A DNA stretch of 64,000 nt from a virus: IMG/VR virus record IMGVR_UViG_3300043185_000079, one strand, 5' to 3'. Position 1 is the stretch's first letter, and the number at the start of each line of letters is the position of its first letter. Position numbers and translations under genes: made by a program. Below, in pieces: positions 27,848-37,199 of this stretch. The notes beneath the pieces are model-generated. The model searched no databases. It was not told the origin of the DNA and was given only the letters and a program-made list of their open reading frames with translations.

Positions 27848-28366
27848 ATGCCCAGCAGCCACTTGGCCTCCGGATTGGAGGGCAGGAGCGTGGGAGATAG
27901 GGGTGGGAAGGGCGTGTTTACCGTGCGTCGTGTCGTAGCCGGGGAGACCGTGGTCATCTTCGGTGGCACGGTTCTATTGCTTGAAGATGCGAGGCGAGCC
28001 GGTTCTCGGTGGAGGTCCAGGACGATCCAGATTGACGATGACCGCTTTCTCTATTCGGTCGTCGAGGGTCCGGCCGACTGGATCAACCACTCCTGCAAGC
28101 CCAACTGCGGCATGCAGGGGCCCATCACGGTCGTCGCGATGCGCGACATCTCGCCTGGAGAGGAGCTGACATTCGACTACGCCACGGTCGACGGGGTCGC
28201 TTACGACGAGTTCGATTGTCTGTGTAACGAGCCGTCATGTCGAGGGCGGATCACGGGCGACGATTGGATGCTTCCTGATTTGCAGGCCCGTTATGCCGGG
28301 TGGTTTTCCCCGTATCTCCAGCGGCGCATTGACGCTCTCGGGCGTCTCGGATGCAGCGGCACGTAG
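27848..28366 (+). CDS. SET-domain lysine methyltransferase
   Basis: GKGVF, INHSCKPNC, RDISPGEELTFDY, post-SET CLC...CRG; start uncertain (frame open from 27689). Confidence 0.9.
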   Translation: MPSSHLASGLEGRSVGDRGGKGVFTVRRVVAGETVVIFGGTVLLLEDARRAGSRWRSRTIQIDDDRFLYSVVEGPADWINHSCKPNCGMQGPITVVAMRDISPGEELTFDYATVDGVAYDEFDCLCNEPSCRGRITGDDWMLPDLQARYAGWFSPYLQRRIDALGRLGCSGT

Positions 28367-28374
28367 AAGGAACA

Positions 28375-28908
28375 ATGGGTCCGCGCGTCTTGACGATCGG
28401 CCACAGCAGCCACCCCCTGACGCGGTTCCTGGAACTTCTGCGCATGCACGAGGTCGATCTCCTGCTCGACGTACGGAGCAATCCGTACAGCAAGTTCTCG
28501 CCGCACTTCAACCGAGAGACACTACGCAGAGCCGTTGACGGCGGAATGCTCTTGTACGGCTATGGCGGCGATCGCCTGGGCGGTCGTCCGTTGGACCCAG
28601 CCTTCCTCGACGATCGCGGGAAGCCCTCGTACGCAAAGATCACCGTATCCCGGCCATTTCAAGAGGCGATTGCGGACCTGATTGCTGGCCTCCAAGAACA
28701 GGGTGGCAACCTGTGTCTTATGTGCAGCGAGGAGGATCCGACTGACTGCCACCGAAGGTGTCTCGTGGGTGCTGCACTGGCTCGGCACGGAGTCGTTGTC
28801 TGTCACGTACGGGGTGACGGGACAGTCGAGACCGAGGACGCCGTTGCCCGCAGATCGATCGACGACCAGACTAGCATCCTTGACGTCCTCGGATGGGATG
28901 ATCGGTAG
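28375..28908 (+). CDS. DUF488 family protein
   Basis: TIGHS, DVRSNPYS, LGGRP, LMCSE.DP..CHR. Confidence 0.88.
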   Translation: MGPRVLTIGHSSHPLTRFLELLRMHEVDLLLDVRSNPYSKFSPHFNRETLRRAVDGGMLLYGYGGDRLGGRPLDPAFLDDRGKPSYAKITVSRPFQEAIADLIAGLQEQGGNLCLMCSEEDPTDCHRRCLVGAALARHGVVVCHVRGDGTVETEDAVARRSIDDQTSILDVLGWDDR

Positions 28909-28917
28909 GATCTCCCC

Positions 28918-29106
28918 ATGAACAGGGAAGCGCAGACCGTCTACCGCTATGCGTGGGCCATCATGGCGATCTTCGTGTGCGTCGTCCTGCTTCTCCAGGT
29001 GTTCGGCTTCAAGACGCAGGCCGTGATGTCCTTCGCCAAGGCCGACGTGGTCATATACCTCGGCATTTTCCTGCTCCTGGTCGAGCGCGTGCTGCCGCGG
29101 TCTTGA
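28918..29106 (+). CDS. Small membrane protein (2 TM)
   Basis: Two hydrophobic stretches in 62 aa. Confidence 0.55.
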   Translation: MNREAQTVYRYAWAIMAIFVCVVLLLQVFGFKTQAVMSFAKADVVIYLGIFLLLVERVLPRS

Positions 29107-29124
29107 TCGTCACTCCGAGGGCGC

Positions 29125-29322
29125 ATGAACCCCGATCATTCCAGAGGACTGCCACGGTGTCCCGCCTGCAAGGAGGTTCTCGCGAGAGAGGAGGACGGCT
29201 CGCTGCGATGTCGGAGAGCTGGGTGTGGCCAGGGATACCTGAAGTCGCACCGCGGAGAGGTGTCGATGGCCGTCTCCACCGACGACATCGTCGTCATCTC
29301 CGACCGCCTGCCGCGGGCGTAG
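29125..29322 (+). CDS. Small Zn-ribbon protein
   Basis: CPAC...CRRAGC. Confidence 0.45.
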   Translation: MNPDHSRGLPRCPACKEVLAREEDGSLRCRRAGCGQGYLKSHRGEVSMAVSTDDIVVISDRLPRA

Positions 29323-29329
29323 ATCTGTC

Positions 29330-29563
29330 ATGGAAAGCCCTCCCGTCAATTTCCACGGCACCTCGGACACGGTCTCCGTGCAGCGCACTCTCGTCCTGCG
29401 GAATGATCTGGTCGCGGCGAGAGAGGAGGAGTCCCGTCGTCGCGCCGCCAGCGCGAGCGAGCTAGAGCGCACGCGACAGGACCTGGTCTCTTGCGCTGGC
29501 CGTCAGATGGAGGCCCTCGGCGACATCAGGATGCGGGAGATCCTCGGGGAGTTCTCGGCCTGA
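29330..29563 (+). CDS. Hypothetical protein
   Basis: 77-aa ORF coupled (TGATG) to rnhB. Confidence 0.5.
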   Translation: MESPPVNFHGTSDTVSVQRTLVLRNDLVAAREEESRRRAASASELERTRQDLVSCAGRQMEALGDIRMREILGEFSA

Positions 29564-30225
29564 TGCGTCTCGTGGGCATTGACGAGGCAGGCCGGGGTCC
29601 CGTTCTGGGGCCCCTGGTCATGGCCGTCGTCGTGCTCCTTCCTGAGCACGAGCGCGATCTGGCGGCGGCCGGTGTCCGCGACAGCAAGACGTTCGGAAGC
29701 GGACCCAAAGCCATGAAAGTCCGAAAGGACCTGAACACGATCATCAAGGGCGCCTGCGTTGCGTGGGAGATCGTCTCTTTCGACGCCGACGTCGTCGACT
29801 CCTACGTGGAGCGAGGTGGGCTCGATGACCTTGAGCGGGAAGGCGTCGAGAAGCTCCTGGAGAGGGTAGGCGTTCAGCATGATGATCGCGTCGTCTGTGA
29901 CGGCGAGCCTATCTTCGGGCGTCTGACTCGCAGGTGGCCGAACCTTCTCGCCGAGAACAGGGCCGATGCGCACCACGTGTCGGTGGCCGCCGCCTCGGTG
30001 ATCGCCAAGACTCGTCGAGACGAGGCGATGGACGAGATCCTGCGGAGGTACGAGCCGGAGTTCGGGAGGATCGCTGGCGGCGGCTACGTGAACGACGGAA
30101 CGCGGCGATTCCTGGAGGCGTACGAGGCACGGCACGGGAGCCTGCCTCCCGAGGCCCGGAAGTCCTGGCGCTGGAGACGTCCGGTTGACCAGCCGGACAT
30201 CACCGCCCTTCTGCGAGGGGAGTAG
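29563..30225 (+). CDS. rnhB: Ribonuclease HII
   Basis: GIDEAGRGPVLGP, RDSK, VAAASVIAK..RD, GGGY. Confidence 0.93.
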   Translation: MRLVGIDEAGRGPVLGPLVMAVVVLLPEHERDLAAAGVRDSKTFGSGPKAMKVRKDLNTIIKGACVAWEIVSFDADVVDSYVERGGLDDLEREGVEKLLERVGVQHDDRVVCDGEPIFGRLTRRWPNLLAENRADAHHVSVAAASVIAKTRRDEAMDEILRRYEPEFGRIAGGGYVNDGTRRFLEAYEARHGSLPPEARKSWRWRRPVDQPDITALLRGE

Positions 30226-30385
30226 CCGTGACGGACGATGCGATGCGCCTGATCCTCGAGTTCGACTCGGACGATCCGAGTTCGTACGTGGATTCGAGGC
30301 GGGCCAGCTCTACGGGCTTCTGTCTCGGCAACCTTCCGAGGCGGTCGGCACCTACCATGTTTAGCAAGACCATCCTGACATTGAC

Positions 30386-31084
30386 GTGACCGCTATCCTC
30401 GTCATTCTCGCTATCCTCGTCGGCGCGCCCATCCGGCACGGCCCGCGAGATCGCCGCGAGATCGCCCTGACGTTCGATGCTTGCCCCACGAGCGACGCGG
30501 ACGGGTTCGACGAGGCCGTCGTCGAGGTTCTGCGCCGCGAGGGTGTGGCGGCCACCTTCTTCCTCTCCGGACGGTGGGTGACGAGACATCCCCACGAGGC
30601 CCGCACGCTCTCCGCCTCCTTCGAGATCGCGAATCACGGCCACGTACACGAGGACGGGCGCCAAGCGAGCATGTCCTACGAGGAGGCCCTTGAAGACCTG
30701 TCTCGGGCGCAGCGGGCCATCGAGAAGGTCACGGGTCGTCGGCCGGCTCTCTACCGGCCTCCGGCCGTGAGCTACAACCACGAGATCCTGCGAGCCGCGT
30801 CCGCTCTCGGCCTCACGACAATCCTGTATGACGTAGCGTCTGGCGATCCAGATCCACGGCTTGCAGCGGACCGCATCGTCCGCTACGTGCTCGGCAGGGC
30901 GCGGGCCGGGTCCATCGTGATCTTCCACGTCAACGGTCGAGGGTGGACGACGGCCGAGACGCTCCCGAAGATCATCGCAGCCCTGCGGGATCGAGGGTAT
31001 CGCCTCGTCACCGTGTCGGACCTTCTGAGGGACGAGGCTGCGGCTGCTGAGGCTGGACAAGAAGGCGGTCAAGATCGGCTCTGA
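30386..31084 (+). CDS. Polysaccharide deacetylase (NodB/CE4) with N-terminal hydrophobic anchor
   Basis: ALTFDAC, ATFF, NHGHVH, YRPP, GSIVIFH, LRDRGYRLVTV. Confidence 0.88.
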   Translation: MTAILVILAILVGAPIRHGPRDRREIALTFDACPTSDADGFDEAVVEVLRREGVAATFFLSGRWVTRHPHEARTLSASFEIANHGHVHEDGRQASMSYEEALEDLSRAQRAIEKVTGRRPALYRPPAVSYNHEILRAASALGLTTILYDVASGDPDPRLAADRIVRYVLGRARAGSIVIFHVNGRGWTTAETLPKIIAALRDRGYRLVTVSDLLRDEAAAAEAGQEGGQDRL

Positions 31085-31260
31085 CTTGGCCGACGTACTC
31101 GTGCACGTCCGTGGCCGCGAGGGCACTGTCCTCTTACCAGGAGGCGACGGAGCGCACCGCGCGGATAAGGCACATGTGCTGGATCGAAAGGCCCAAGAGG
31201 AGCAAGGCCGACACTCCCCCCGACGATCTAGCCTATGTTTCCGCGTTGGCAGGATAGACC

Positions 31261-31602
31261 GTGAGCGCTGACCGACAGGAAGACGCAGAACGCCAGGACG
31301 TGGCTGTTCGGTCGCGCTCGTCGCGAGACACGCGTCGACCCAGGATGTGGAAGGTGATCATCATCAACGATGACTTCACGCCCGTCGATTTCGTGATCGC
31401 CCTCGTGAGGGCCGTGTTCAGGCGGGACACGGACGAGGCCACCAGGATCACTATGGAGGTCCACCGCTCGGGCGCGGCCGTGGCAGGCGTCTACACGCGA
31501 GAGATCGCCGAGACCAAGTGCGCCGTCGTGGTTGGTTTGGCGAGGGAAGCAGGACATCCGCTCATGGCCACGATGGAACCCGAAGAGAACGTTGAGGATT
31601 GA
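31261..31602 (+). CDS. clpS: ATP-dependent Clp protease adaptor ClpS
   Basis: WKVIIINDDFTPVDFV...MEVH..G.AVAGVYTREIAETK...GHPL. Confidence 0.93.
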   Translation: MSADRQEDAERQDVAVRSRSSRDTRRPRMWKVIIINDDFTPVDFVIALVRAVFRRDTDEATRITMEVHRSGAAVAGVYTREIAETKCAVVVGLAREAGHPLMATMEPEENVED

Positions 31603-32203
31603 CAGAGCGATCAGGGGCGGACACTCTGCACTGGTGCGCGGCCGTCTACCGGAGGCCATTCTCACAGCTTGTCCCGAATGCGGTCAGACTTATGATCGTT
31701 GGCGTGGGAATCAGCGATTTTGTTCCCGACTGTGCAAGAACAGGTTCTACGATAAACACCGCTCTGTCCGAACAGAGCGTGCGGCAACTTGTGTTGAGTG
31801 TGGTCAAATGTTTCAAACGAGGCGAGGTCGTGCTCGATTCTGCTCTTACTCTTGTTCTGCGAAGAATAAGTGGAGAGAAGGCAAATTTCAGCCGGTCTCT
31901 GGTGCGGGCCATCCCTTGTGGCGCGGGGGTGGTGGGGTGGCCCTCCTTCGACGACGTTGCCGAAGATATGGCATATCGGTCGAAGAGTATGAGGCTCGGT
32001 ATGCACTTTGCGGTGGAGTGTGTGAGATCTGCAAGGAACCGTGTTCGACCGGAAGGGCACTCGCTGTGGATCACGATCATGATTCGGGCGCTGTTCGCGG
32101 GCTTTTGTGTTCAGCCTGCAACTTCGGAGTAGGGATCTTTCGCGAGGCGCCAGATCGTCTAGAAGCCGCGGCCGAGTACCTACGCAAGCACAAGACTCGG
32201 TAA
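31532..32203 (+). CDS. Endonuclease VII-domain protein (putative homing endonuclease)
   Basis: Zn-finger repeats FCS..C; CEIC...LAVDHDH..G.VRGLLC..CN; start uncertain. Confidence 0.82.
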   Translation: MVWRGKQDIRSWPRWNPKRTLRIDRAIRGGHSALVRGRLPEAILTACPECGQTYDRWRGNQRFCSRLCKNRFYDKHRSVRTERAATCVECGQMFQTRRGRARFCSYSCSAKNKWREGKFQPVSGAGHPLWRGGGGVALLRRRCRRYGISVEEYEARYALCGGVCEICKEPCSTGRALAVDHDHDSGAVRGLLCSACNFGVGIFREAPDRLEAAAEYLRKHKTR

Positions 32204-32212
32204 TTGGGGTAT
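32199..32212 (+). promoter_or_regulatory. Putative phage promoter motif copy (GGTAATTGGGGTAT)
   Basis: Lies 15 nt upstream of ATG 32228. Confidence 0.5.
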
Positions 32213-32227
32213 GGCAAAAGGTCAGAC

Positions 32228-32974
32228 ATGACTGAGTCCTTCAGGCTCCGAGACGGCTCAACGGTTCGTGACTCACGGCTTACACGGCTCAAACAGTTCG
32301 ACGAACGGTCGCGCAGGTACCCAGTGAAGGCGACGGTCTCGGCCACCAAGCCGAGAAGCTACACATGGCCCTGCGCGCAGCACCTTGACCAGGGCAAAGA
32401 GGGTGCTTGCGTTGGGGCATCTGTCACGCATGAGTTGATTGCCCGGCCTGTCGAGGTCCAGGGACTCGACATGAAGTTCGCAAAGGAGAAGATCTACTGG
32501 GAGGCCCAGAAGATCGACGAGTGGGAGGGTGGCAGCTATCCAAGCGCGAACCCGGTCTACGAGGGCACGTCCGTTCTCGCCGGAATGAAGGTTGCGAAGA
32601 AACTCGGCTACATCACCGAGTACAGGTGGGCCTTTGGCCTCGACGATCTCGTCATGGCCGTGGGTCATCGAGGGCCTGCCGTCCTGGGCCTGGTCTGGTA
32701 CGACGGGATGTTTGAGCCGTACCCCTGCGGGCACCTCCACGTCGAGGGCGACGTCGCGGGCGGCCACGCCATCCTGTGCAAGGGCGTGAACGTGGAGGAC
32801 CGCTACTTCGTCGTCCACAACTCGTGGGGGCTTGGCTGGGGTCGTGGGGGGGATGCCAGGATCACCTGGGCCGAGATGGACCGGCTCCTTCACGAGGAGG
32901 GCGAAGCTTGCATCCCGACGCAGCGGGGCAAGGGCATCGCGGGCGCCCTCAAGGGTCTCTTCAAGCCTCGCTGA
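32228..32974 (+). CDS. Papain-like (C1) cysteine peptidase
   Basis: LDQGKEGACVG (Gln/Cys), GGHAI (His), HNSWG (Asn). Confidence 0.9.
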   Translation: MTESFRLRDGSTVRDSRLTRLKQFDERSRRYPVKATVSATKPRSYTWPCAQHLDQGKEGACVGASVTHELIARPVEVQGLDMKFAKEKIYWEAQKIDEWEGGSYPSANPVYEGTSVLAGMKVAKKLGYITEYRWAFGLDDLVMAVGHRGPAVLGLVWYDGMFEPYPCGHLHVEGDVAGGHAILCKGVNVEDRYFVVHNSWGLGWGRGGDARITWAEMDRLLHEEGEACIPTQRGKGIAGALKGLFKPR

Positions 32975-33247
32975 CGACGGTGTGCAATCGGGGCATGCTC
33001 CATGACTGGCCATGGGGGATCCGTTCAACCACGGCACGCCGGAGAAGTTCGTCGACCCGGGCCGGCCTTCTCAGGATGAGTCACGCCGTGCACCTGTCTC
33101 CCGACACCGCGATCCCTTGACGGCGGTCTCTGTATCTGGCATGGTCCACACACCGCATCCTCCGTAGGACCGCGGCTGCTGAATCTTACCGACTCCTGCC
33201 GGCCTATCTCCCGCTGCGGAGTGGGACCGCGACGCGGAGATTCAGCG

Positions 33248-33472
33248 ATGTCCGGAACAAGGAAAGTACGACTCACGCCACGCGAGGACGAGCTGTTCGC
33301 CATCGCTTGGTATCTCATTCAGGCCCAGAACGGCTCCGAGAAGGACCGTCACATTCAGTGGGCGCGCTACCACCTGTGGCGCGTTACGCAGGGACTCTTC
33401 GTTCATCAAGATCTGGTGGGCAACATCCACCATGTTTTCTGCGAGGCGTTCGGGGAGGGCTGTGATGACTAG
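33248..33472 (+). CDS. Hypothetical protein
   Basis: Short ORF overlapping the rtcB start. Confidence 0.45.
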   Translation: MSGTRKVRLTPREDELFAIAWYLIQAQNGSEKDRHIQWARYHLWRVTQGLFVHQDLVGNIHHVFCEAFGEGCDD

Positions 33473-34859
33473 CCTTGACCGCATCGCCCGCGCGCTCCGA
33501 CGTGACGGCGTCGAGATCGAGATGGATGGATCAATCTACAGGATCCGGCGAGCAGGGCACGAGGGTCCGTTCGCCGAGGTCCTGCTCCCTAAGGGCTTCC
33601 CGCTCGAGACCAAGGCCGTCGTGCAGCTCGCGGCATTCGCTTCCGCGCGCCATCCAAATGGGGGTCACGTGTGCCATGCCTGTGCCACGCCCGACTTCCA
33701 CCCTGGCAACGGTGTGCCTGTCGGGTCCGTCGTGGCCACCTCGCTCGACTTGGCCATCCCCTCTGCCATAGGGACAGACATTAACTGCGGGATGCGGATG
33801 CACGCGACGGGACTTTCCGTGGATCGGTTCCTCGCGGAGAAGCGCCGTCTCGTGGACGTGCTGCGCGGAGACCTGCTCCTCGGTACGCGCGACTTGCCCA
33901 TGACCGGCGTCTCCATGCGCGCCATGTTCGACGGAGGTGAACCCGATTGGCTGGACGCCGTGCTGGACCGTCCCCTCGGAATGCTGGCCCGTTCCGACCT
34001 CGGCCAGATCGGGAGAGAGATCGGAAACGGCTATCGAGGCCGGTGGAGCTGGGCCCCCGAGGGACTCGTCGACGATGGCAGAGAAATCGTGCGCGACGGA
34101 GCGCTTGGCACGGTGGGTGGAGGGAACCACTTCGTGGAATTCCAGGTGGTCGATGATGTCGCGGACGGCGGTCTCGCCCGCGCATGGGGCCTGAAGAACG
34201 GCGAAGTGGTCTTTATGGTTCACACCGGATCTCGGACCGTCGGGAAAGCAGTCGGGACTCGGTGGTCCGAGATCGCGCGGGAGCACTGGCCGTCAACGGT
34301 AAGACGACCAGACGTCCTCCCTCTGTACGGGGCTGACGTCGACGGGTACGTCGAGGCCATGAATACCGCTGCGAACTACGGCGCGGTCAACCGACTCCTG
34401 ATCGCCGAGATCGTCCGTCTACGGCTGCGGGAGATTCACGGGGACATAGGGGTTACCCTCGTGCACGATGCTCCCCACAATCTCGTCTTCCGCGAGGGAG
34501 ACATGCTCGTCCATCGGAAGGGAGCTACTCCCGCTCACGCCGGACAACCCGTGCTGATCCCTGGATCCATGGGGCAGCCCTCGTACGTTCTTGTCGGTCG
34601 CGGCAACGGGCGATACCTCTCTTCCGCGTCCCACGGGGCTGGTCGCGCGGTCACTCGCTTCGAGATGGGACGGCGCCAGAGAGCCGGAGACGATCTGGGT
34701 CTCGATGGGGTTGATTGCGTGACATTGAGAGAGGAACGGAGGATCGAAGAGGCTCCCTCGGCCTACAAGGACATTGGGCCCGTCGTTTCGGTGCAGGTCG
34801 AGCACGGCCTCGTCGCTCCTGTGGTTCGGACACGGCCGCTGGTGACATTCAAAGCCTAG
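33465..34859 (+). CDS. rtcB: RtcB family RNA ligase
   Basis: PDFH.G, GTDINCG, GGGNHF, HTGSR, HRKGAT, PGSMG, SASHGAGR, EEAP.AYK. Confidence 0.95.
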   Translation: MTSLDRIARALRRDGVEIEMDGSIYRIRRAGHEGPFAEVLLPKGFPLETKAVVQLAAFASARHPNGGHVCHACATPDFHPGNGVPVGSVVATSLDLAIPSAIGTDINCGMRMHATGLSVDRFLAEKRRLVDVLRGDLLLGTRDLPMTGVSMRAMFDGGEPDWLDAVLDRPLGMLARSDLGQIGREIGNGYRGRWSWAPEGLVDDGREIVRDGALGTVGGGNHFVEFQVVDDVADGGLARAWGLKNGEVVFMVHTGSRTVGKAVGTRWSEIAREHWPSTVRRPDVLPLYGADVDGYVEAMNTAANYGAVNRLLIAEIVRLRLREIHGDIGVTLVHDAPHNLVFREGDMLVHRKGATPAHAGQPVLIPGSMGQPSYVLVGRGNGRYLSSASHGAGRAVTRFEMGRRQRAGDDLGLDGVDCVTLREERRIEEAPSAYKDIGPVVSVQVEHGLVAPVVRTRPLVTFKA

Positions 34860-34863
34860 ACAC

Positions 34864-34877
34864 GGTTTTCCTTCTAT
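34864..34877 (+). promoter_or_regulatory. Putative phage promoter motif copy (GGTTTTCCTTCTAT)
   Basis: Intergenic, upstream of ATG 34895. Confidence 0.6.
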
Positions 34878-34894
34878 CCGCGAGGTCTTGGGGG

Positions 34895-35443
34895 ATGGGA
34901 CTCATCATGCTCAGGGATGACGACATCGAGCTGGCATCGTGGACCAGGTTCCATGACGAGGATCTCGAGAAGTTCGGCAGAAACGCCGCGGCTATGCTCG
35001 CGGACGCCGAGAAGTGGGCTCGCGACGCTGGCTACGTCATCAAGCCCAAAACGTCGTTCTTCGGGTCACGCTTCTCGAAGATGACGACCACGTACTACAA
35101 AGAGATCCGAGTCGGTGACGGATGGGCCGGGTACACCCCCCCGAAGAAGGCAAGCATCCTCAAGCATGAGATCGTCCATGCAAAGCAGTGGAGGCACTAC
35201 GGCAGGGGGACCTTCGGTGCGCGTTACATCTTCAGCGCTCGGTTTCGCTGGGCCATGGAAGTGCAGGCGTACCGCGAGAGCGTGAGAGCCTATCGTACGT
35301 TGGGCGCGAAGGAATCGTGGCTGAGGACGTACGCCACCAAGGACGTCCCCGATATCCTGTGGCAGAACTACATGCTCGGCGTGCTCCGCAAGGGAGACGT
35401 CTACGAACACACTGCCAAGATCCTGCTGCGCGAAGCAGCTTGA
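34895..35443 (+). CDS. HExxH zinc metallopeptidase-like protein
   Basis: ILKHEIVHAKQ and downstream MEVQAY. Confidence 0.75.
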   Translation: MGLIMLRDDDIELASWTRFHDEDLEKFGRNAAAMLADAEKWARDAGYVIKPKTSFFGSRFSKMTTTYYKEIRVGDGWAGYTPPKKASILKHEIVHAKQWRHYGRGTFGARYIFSARFRWAMEVQAYRESVRAYRTLGAKESWLRTYATKDVPDILWQNYMLGVLRKGDVYEHTAKILLREAA

Positions 35444-35451
35444 GGAGTTCC

Positions 35452-35856
35452 ATGTTCGACCGCACAGCGAAGAAGATGAGCGTCATTGATCTCCTCGACA
35501 TACCTGCGGCCGGGGAGAAGGTCACGAAACCGTCTGCCCTAACGAAGTCAGGCAGCGCGGTGGCTCGGACGATTCTCGACCAGATGGGAGGCATGCGGCG
35601 CTTGGCCCTGATGCTGGGTATGTCGGCGCATGCCGTGGAGATGGCACCTCGTGGAGTTGCGTTCAAGTGGCCAAACCGGCAGACGTCGCGGGGGAACAAA
35701 GTGCGAATCGACCTGACGCCGGCCGACACCTACACCATGACGTTCCTCAGCTCGACAGCGCATGGCGAGAAGCCCGTCAAGGTGTACCGGGACGTCTACG
35801 CAGAGGACCTAGTTCCGATCTTCGAGAAGCAGACTGGGTGGTACCTGAGGCTGTAA
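35452..35856 (+). CDS. Conserved phage protein (VAxTILxQxGG family)
   Basis: GAGGAG SD; VARTILDQMGG...DTYTMTF...VYAEDL..IFE..TG.YL; RTA and KSG motifs in the leader. Confidence 0.7.
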   Translation: MFDRTAKKMSVIDLLDIPAAGEKVTKPSALTKSGSAVARTILDQMGGMRRLALMLGMSAHAVEMAPRGVAFKWPNRQTSRGNKVRIDLTPADTYTMTFLSSTAHGEKPVKVYRDVYAEDLVPIFEKQTGWYLRL

Positions 35857-36527
35857 TGGCAACCTTCGACCCATCCCGCGCGGCACTCGTCGACGGGAGC
35901 GGAGAAGCGCCCGTATGGCGAGGGAACCTGCCGATCAACGCGCGGAATCAGATCGCGTATCACGAGCTGGTCAACACCCTCGGTCTAGATGTCGGAGATT
36001 CTCTGATCGACGTCAGCCTCATCGACAATGTGGAAGGGTCGGAGAGGGCGCAGTGGCTTGTCGAGATGGCTGCCTTTGGGATCGACGTGGACAGTGAATT
36101 CCCCTCGGGTCCGAACGTGCCTCCGCAGTGGAATCAGTCTTCGTGGAATCCAGGCCGTCTCCTCGGTGATTGTGTGCGGCAGGTAGGGGGGACACCCCCG
36201 GGTCACATCGTCTGGTGGCCCATCGAGGGCGGCACGACACCGGATGTTCTCGGGCCAGACCCGCGGAGCTACAACTTCGTGGGACTCATCGAGTATCTGG
36301 GGATTCTTCGGAACAGGAGAGGCTCGATCGTCTACTTCCACTGCATGAACGGCTCGGATCGTACGGGAGCGGTTGTCGCCGGGTATGCGATGCGATGGAT
36401 GGGAGCCTCCCTGGCGAAGGCCGTTGTTCTTGCGAATCGGGTCGCAGCCGCGGGTCAGATGAGTCATCCATACAGTCAGCTCGTGGAGACGTACGCGAAG
36501 TGGATCTCCGAGAATCCTCCAACGTAG
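35856..36527 (+). CDS. Protein-tyrosine/dual-specificity phosphatase family protein
   Basis: VYFHCMNGSDRTG (CX5R) P-loop. Confidence 0.82.
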   Translation: MATFDPSRAALVDGSGEAPVWRGNLPINARNQIAYHELVNTLGLDVGDSLIDVSLIDNVEGSERAQWLVEMAAFGIDVDSEFPSGPNVPPQWNQSSWNPGRLLGDCVRQVGGTPPGHIVWWPIEGGTTPDVLGPDPRSYNFVGLIEYLGILRNRRGSIVYFHCMNGSDRTGAVVAGYAMRWMGASLAKAVVLANRVAAAGQMSHPYSQLVETYAKWISENPPT

Positions 36528-36620
36528 CCCGCGTGGTGGAGCGCTGGATCGACCGGACGCGTCTGGTCCCAGCCGCGCTACCCGCTAACTGTTGCCCTTA
36601 CCCGAGGGATAGCGTGGGCG

Positions 36621-37190
36621 ATGAGCAGGATTGTCTCGCGGGCTGATCTCGTGAGGAGGTACCCCGCCGCGGTGTTGGAGGACTTCGTCCCTACCCATCG
36701 CGTCGTGCTCCTCGACACGAGGACCAACTGTGTTCTCTGCGAAGACGTCGTTCGACTCGGGCCCGCAGACGACCGTGGGGTGAGATTCGCTGAGACTCCA
36801 GAAGGGCGAGCCGTGTACGCCGTCATCCCCGGTGGAAAATGGCAGTGTCTCGATCAGCACGGTCACGTCCAGGAGGAGGCAATCTTGTACCGGCAGGACT
36901 ACGTGCGACCTGCAGATCGGGATGGCTTCGTCTACTTTGTGCAGGCCGGTCACGAGGGACCGATCAAGATCGGTTGGTCGCAAGACGTTCCTCGGCGGCT
37001 TGGGGAGCTGCAGGTCGCGAACGCAGCGAGGCTTTTTCTGATCGCTGCTGTCCCTGGTAAGAGGAGCGACGAGGCCGCGACTCACGAGCGCTTCGCGCAT
37101 CTCAGGCTCGGTGCGGAGTGGTTCCGCGATGATCCAGAGATCCACGAATATCTCCGCGTGCGCGGTGATCCTCCAATAAGAGATCCCTGA
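36621..37190 (+). CDS. GIY-YIG (T5orf172-like) domain protein
   Basis: FVYFVQ..PIKIGWS..RRL.ELQ..E...H.RF...EWF. Confidence 0.82.
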   Translation: MSRIVSRADLVRRYPAAVLEDFVPTHRVVLLDTRTNCVLCEDVVRLGPADDRGVRFAETPEGRAVYAVIPGGKWQCLDQHGHVQEEAILYRQDYVRPADRDGFVYFVQAGHEGPIKIGWSQDVPRRLGELQVANAARLFLIAAVPGKRSDEAATHERFAHLRLGAEWFRDDPEIHEYLRVRGDPPIRDP

Positions 37191-37199
37191 AGACAGGAC

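Noticed and set aside
28918-29106. Holin call for the 2-TM small protein
   Set aside because: No adjacent endolysin or spanin recognised; left as a generic membrane protein.
36521-36600. RVVERW motif just after the phosphatase gene as an additional gene
   Set aside because: No start codon or SD and only a short frame; at most a remnant.
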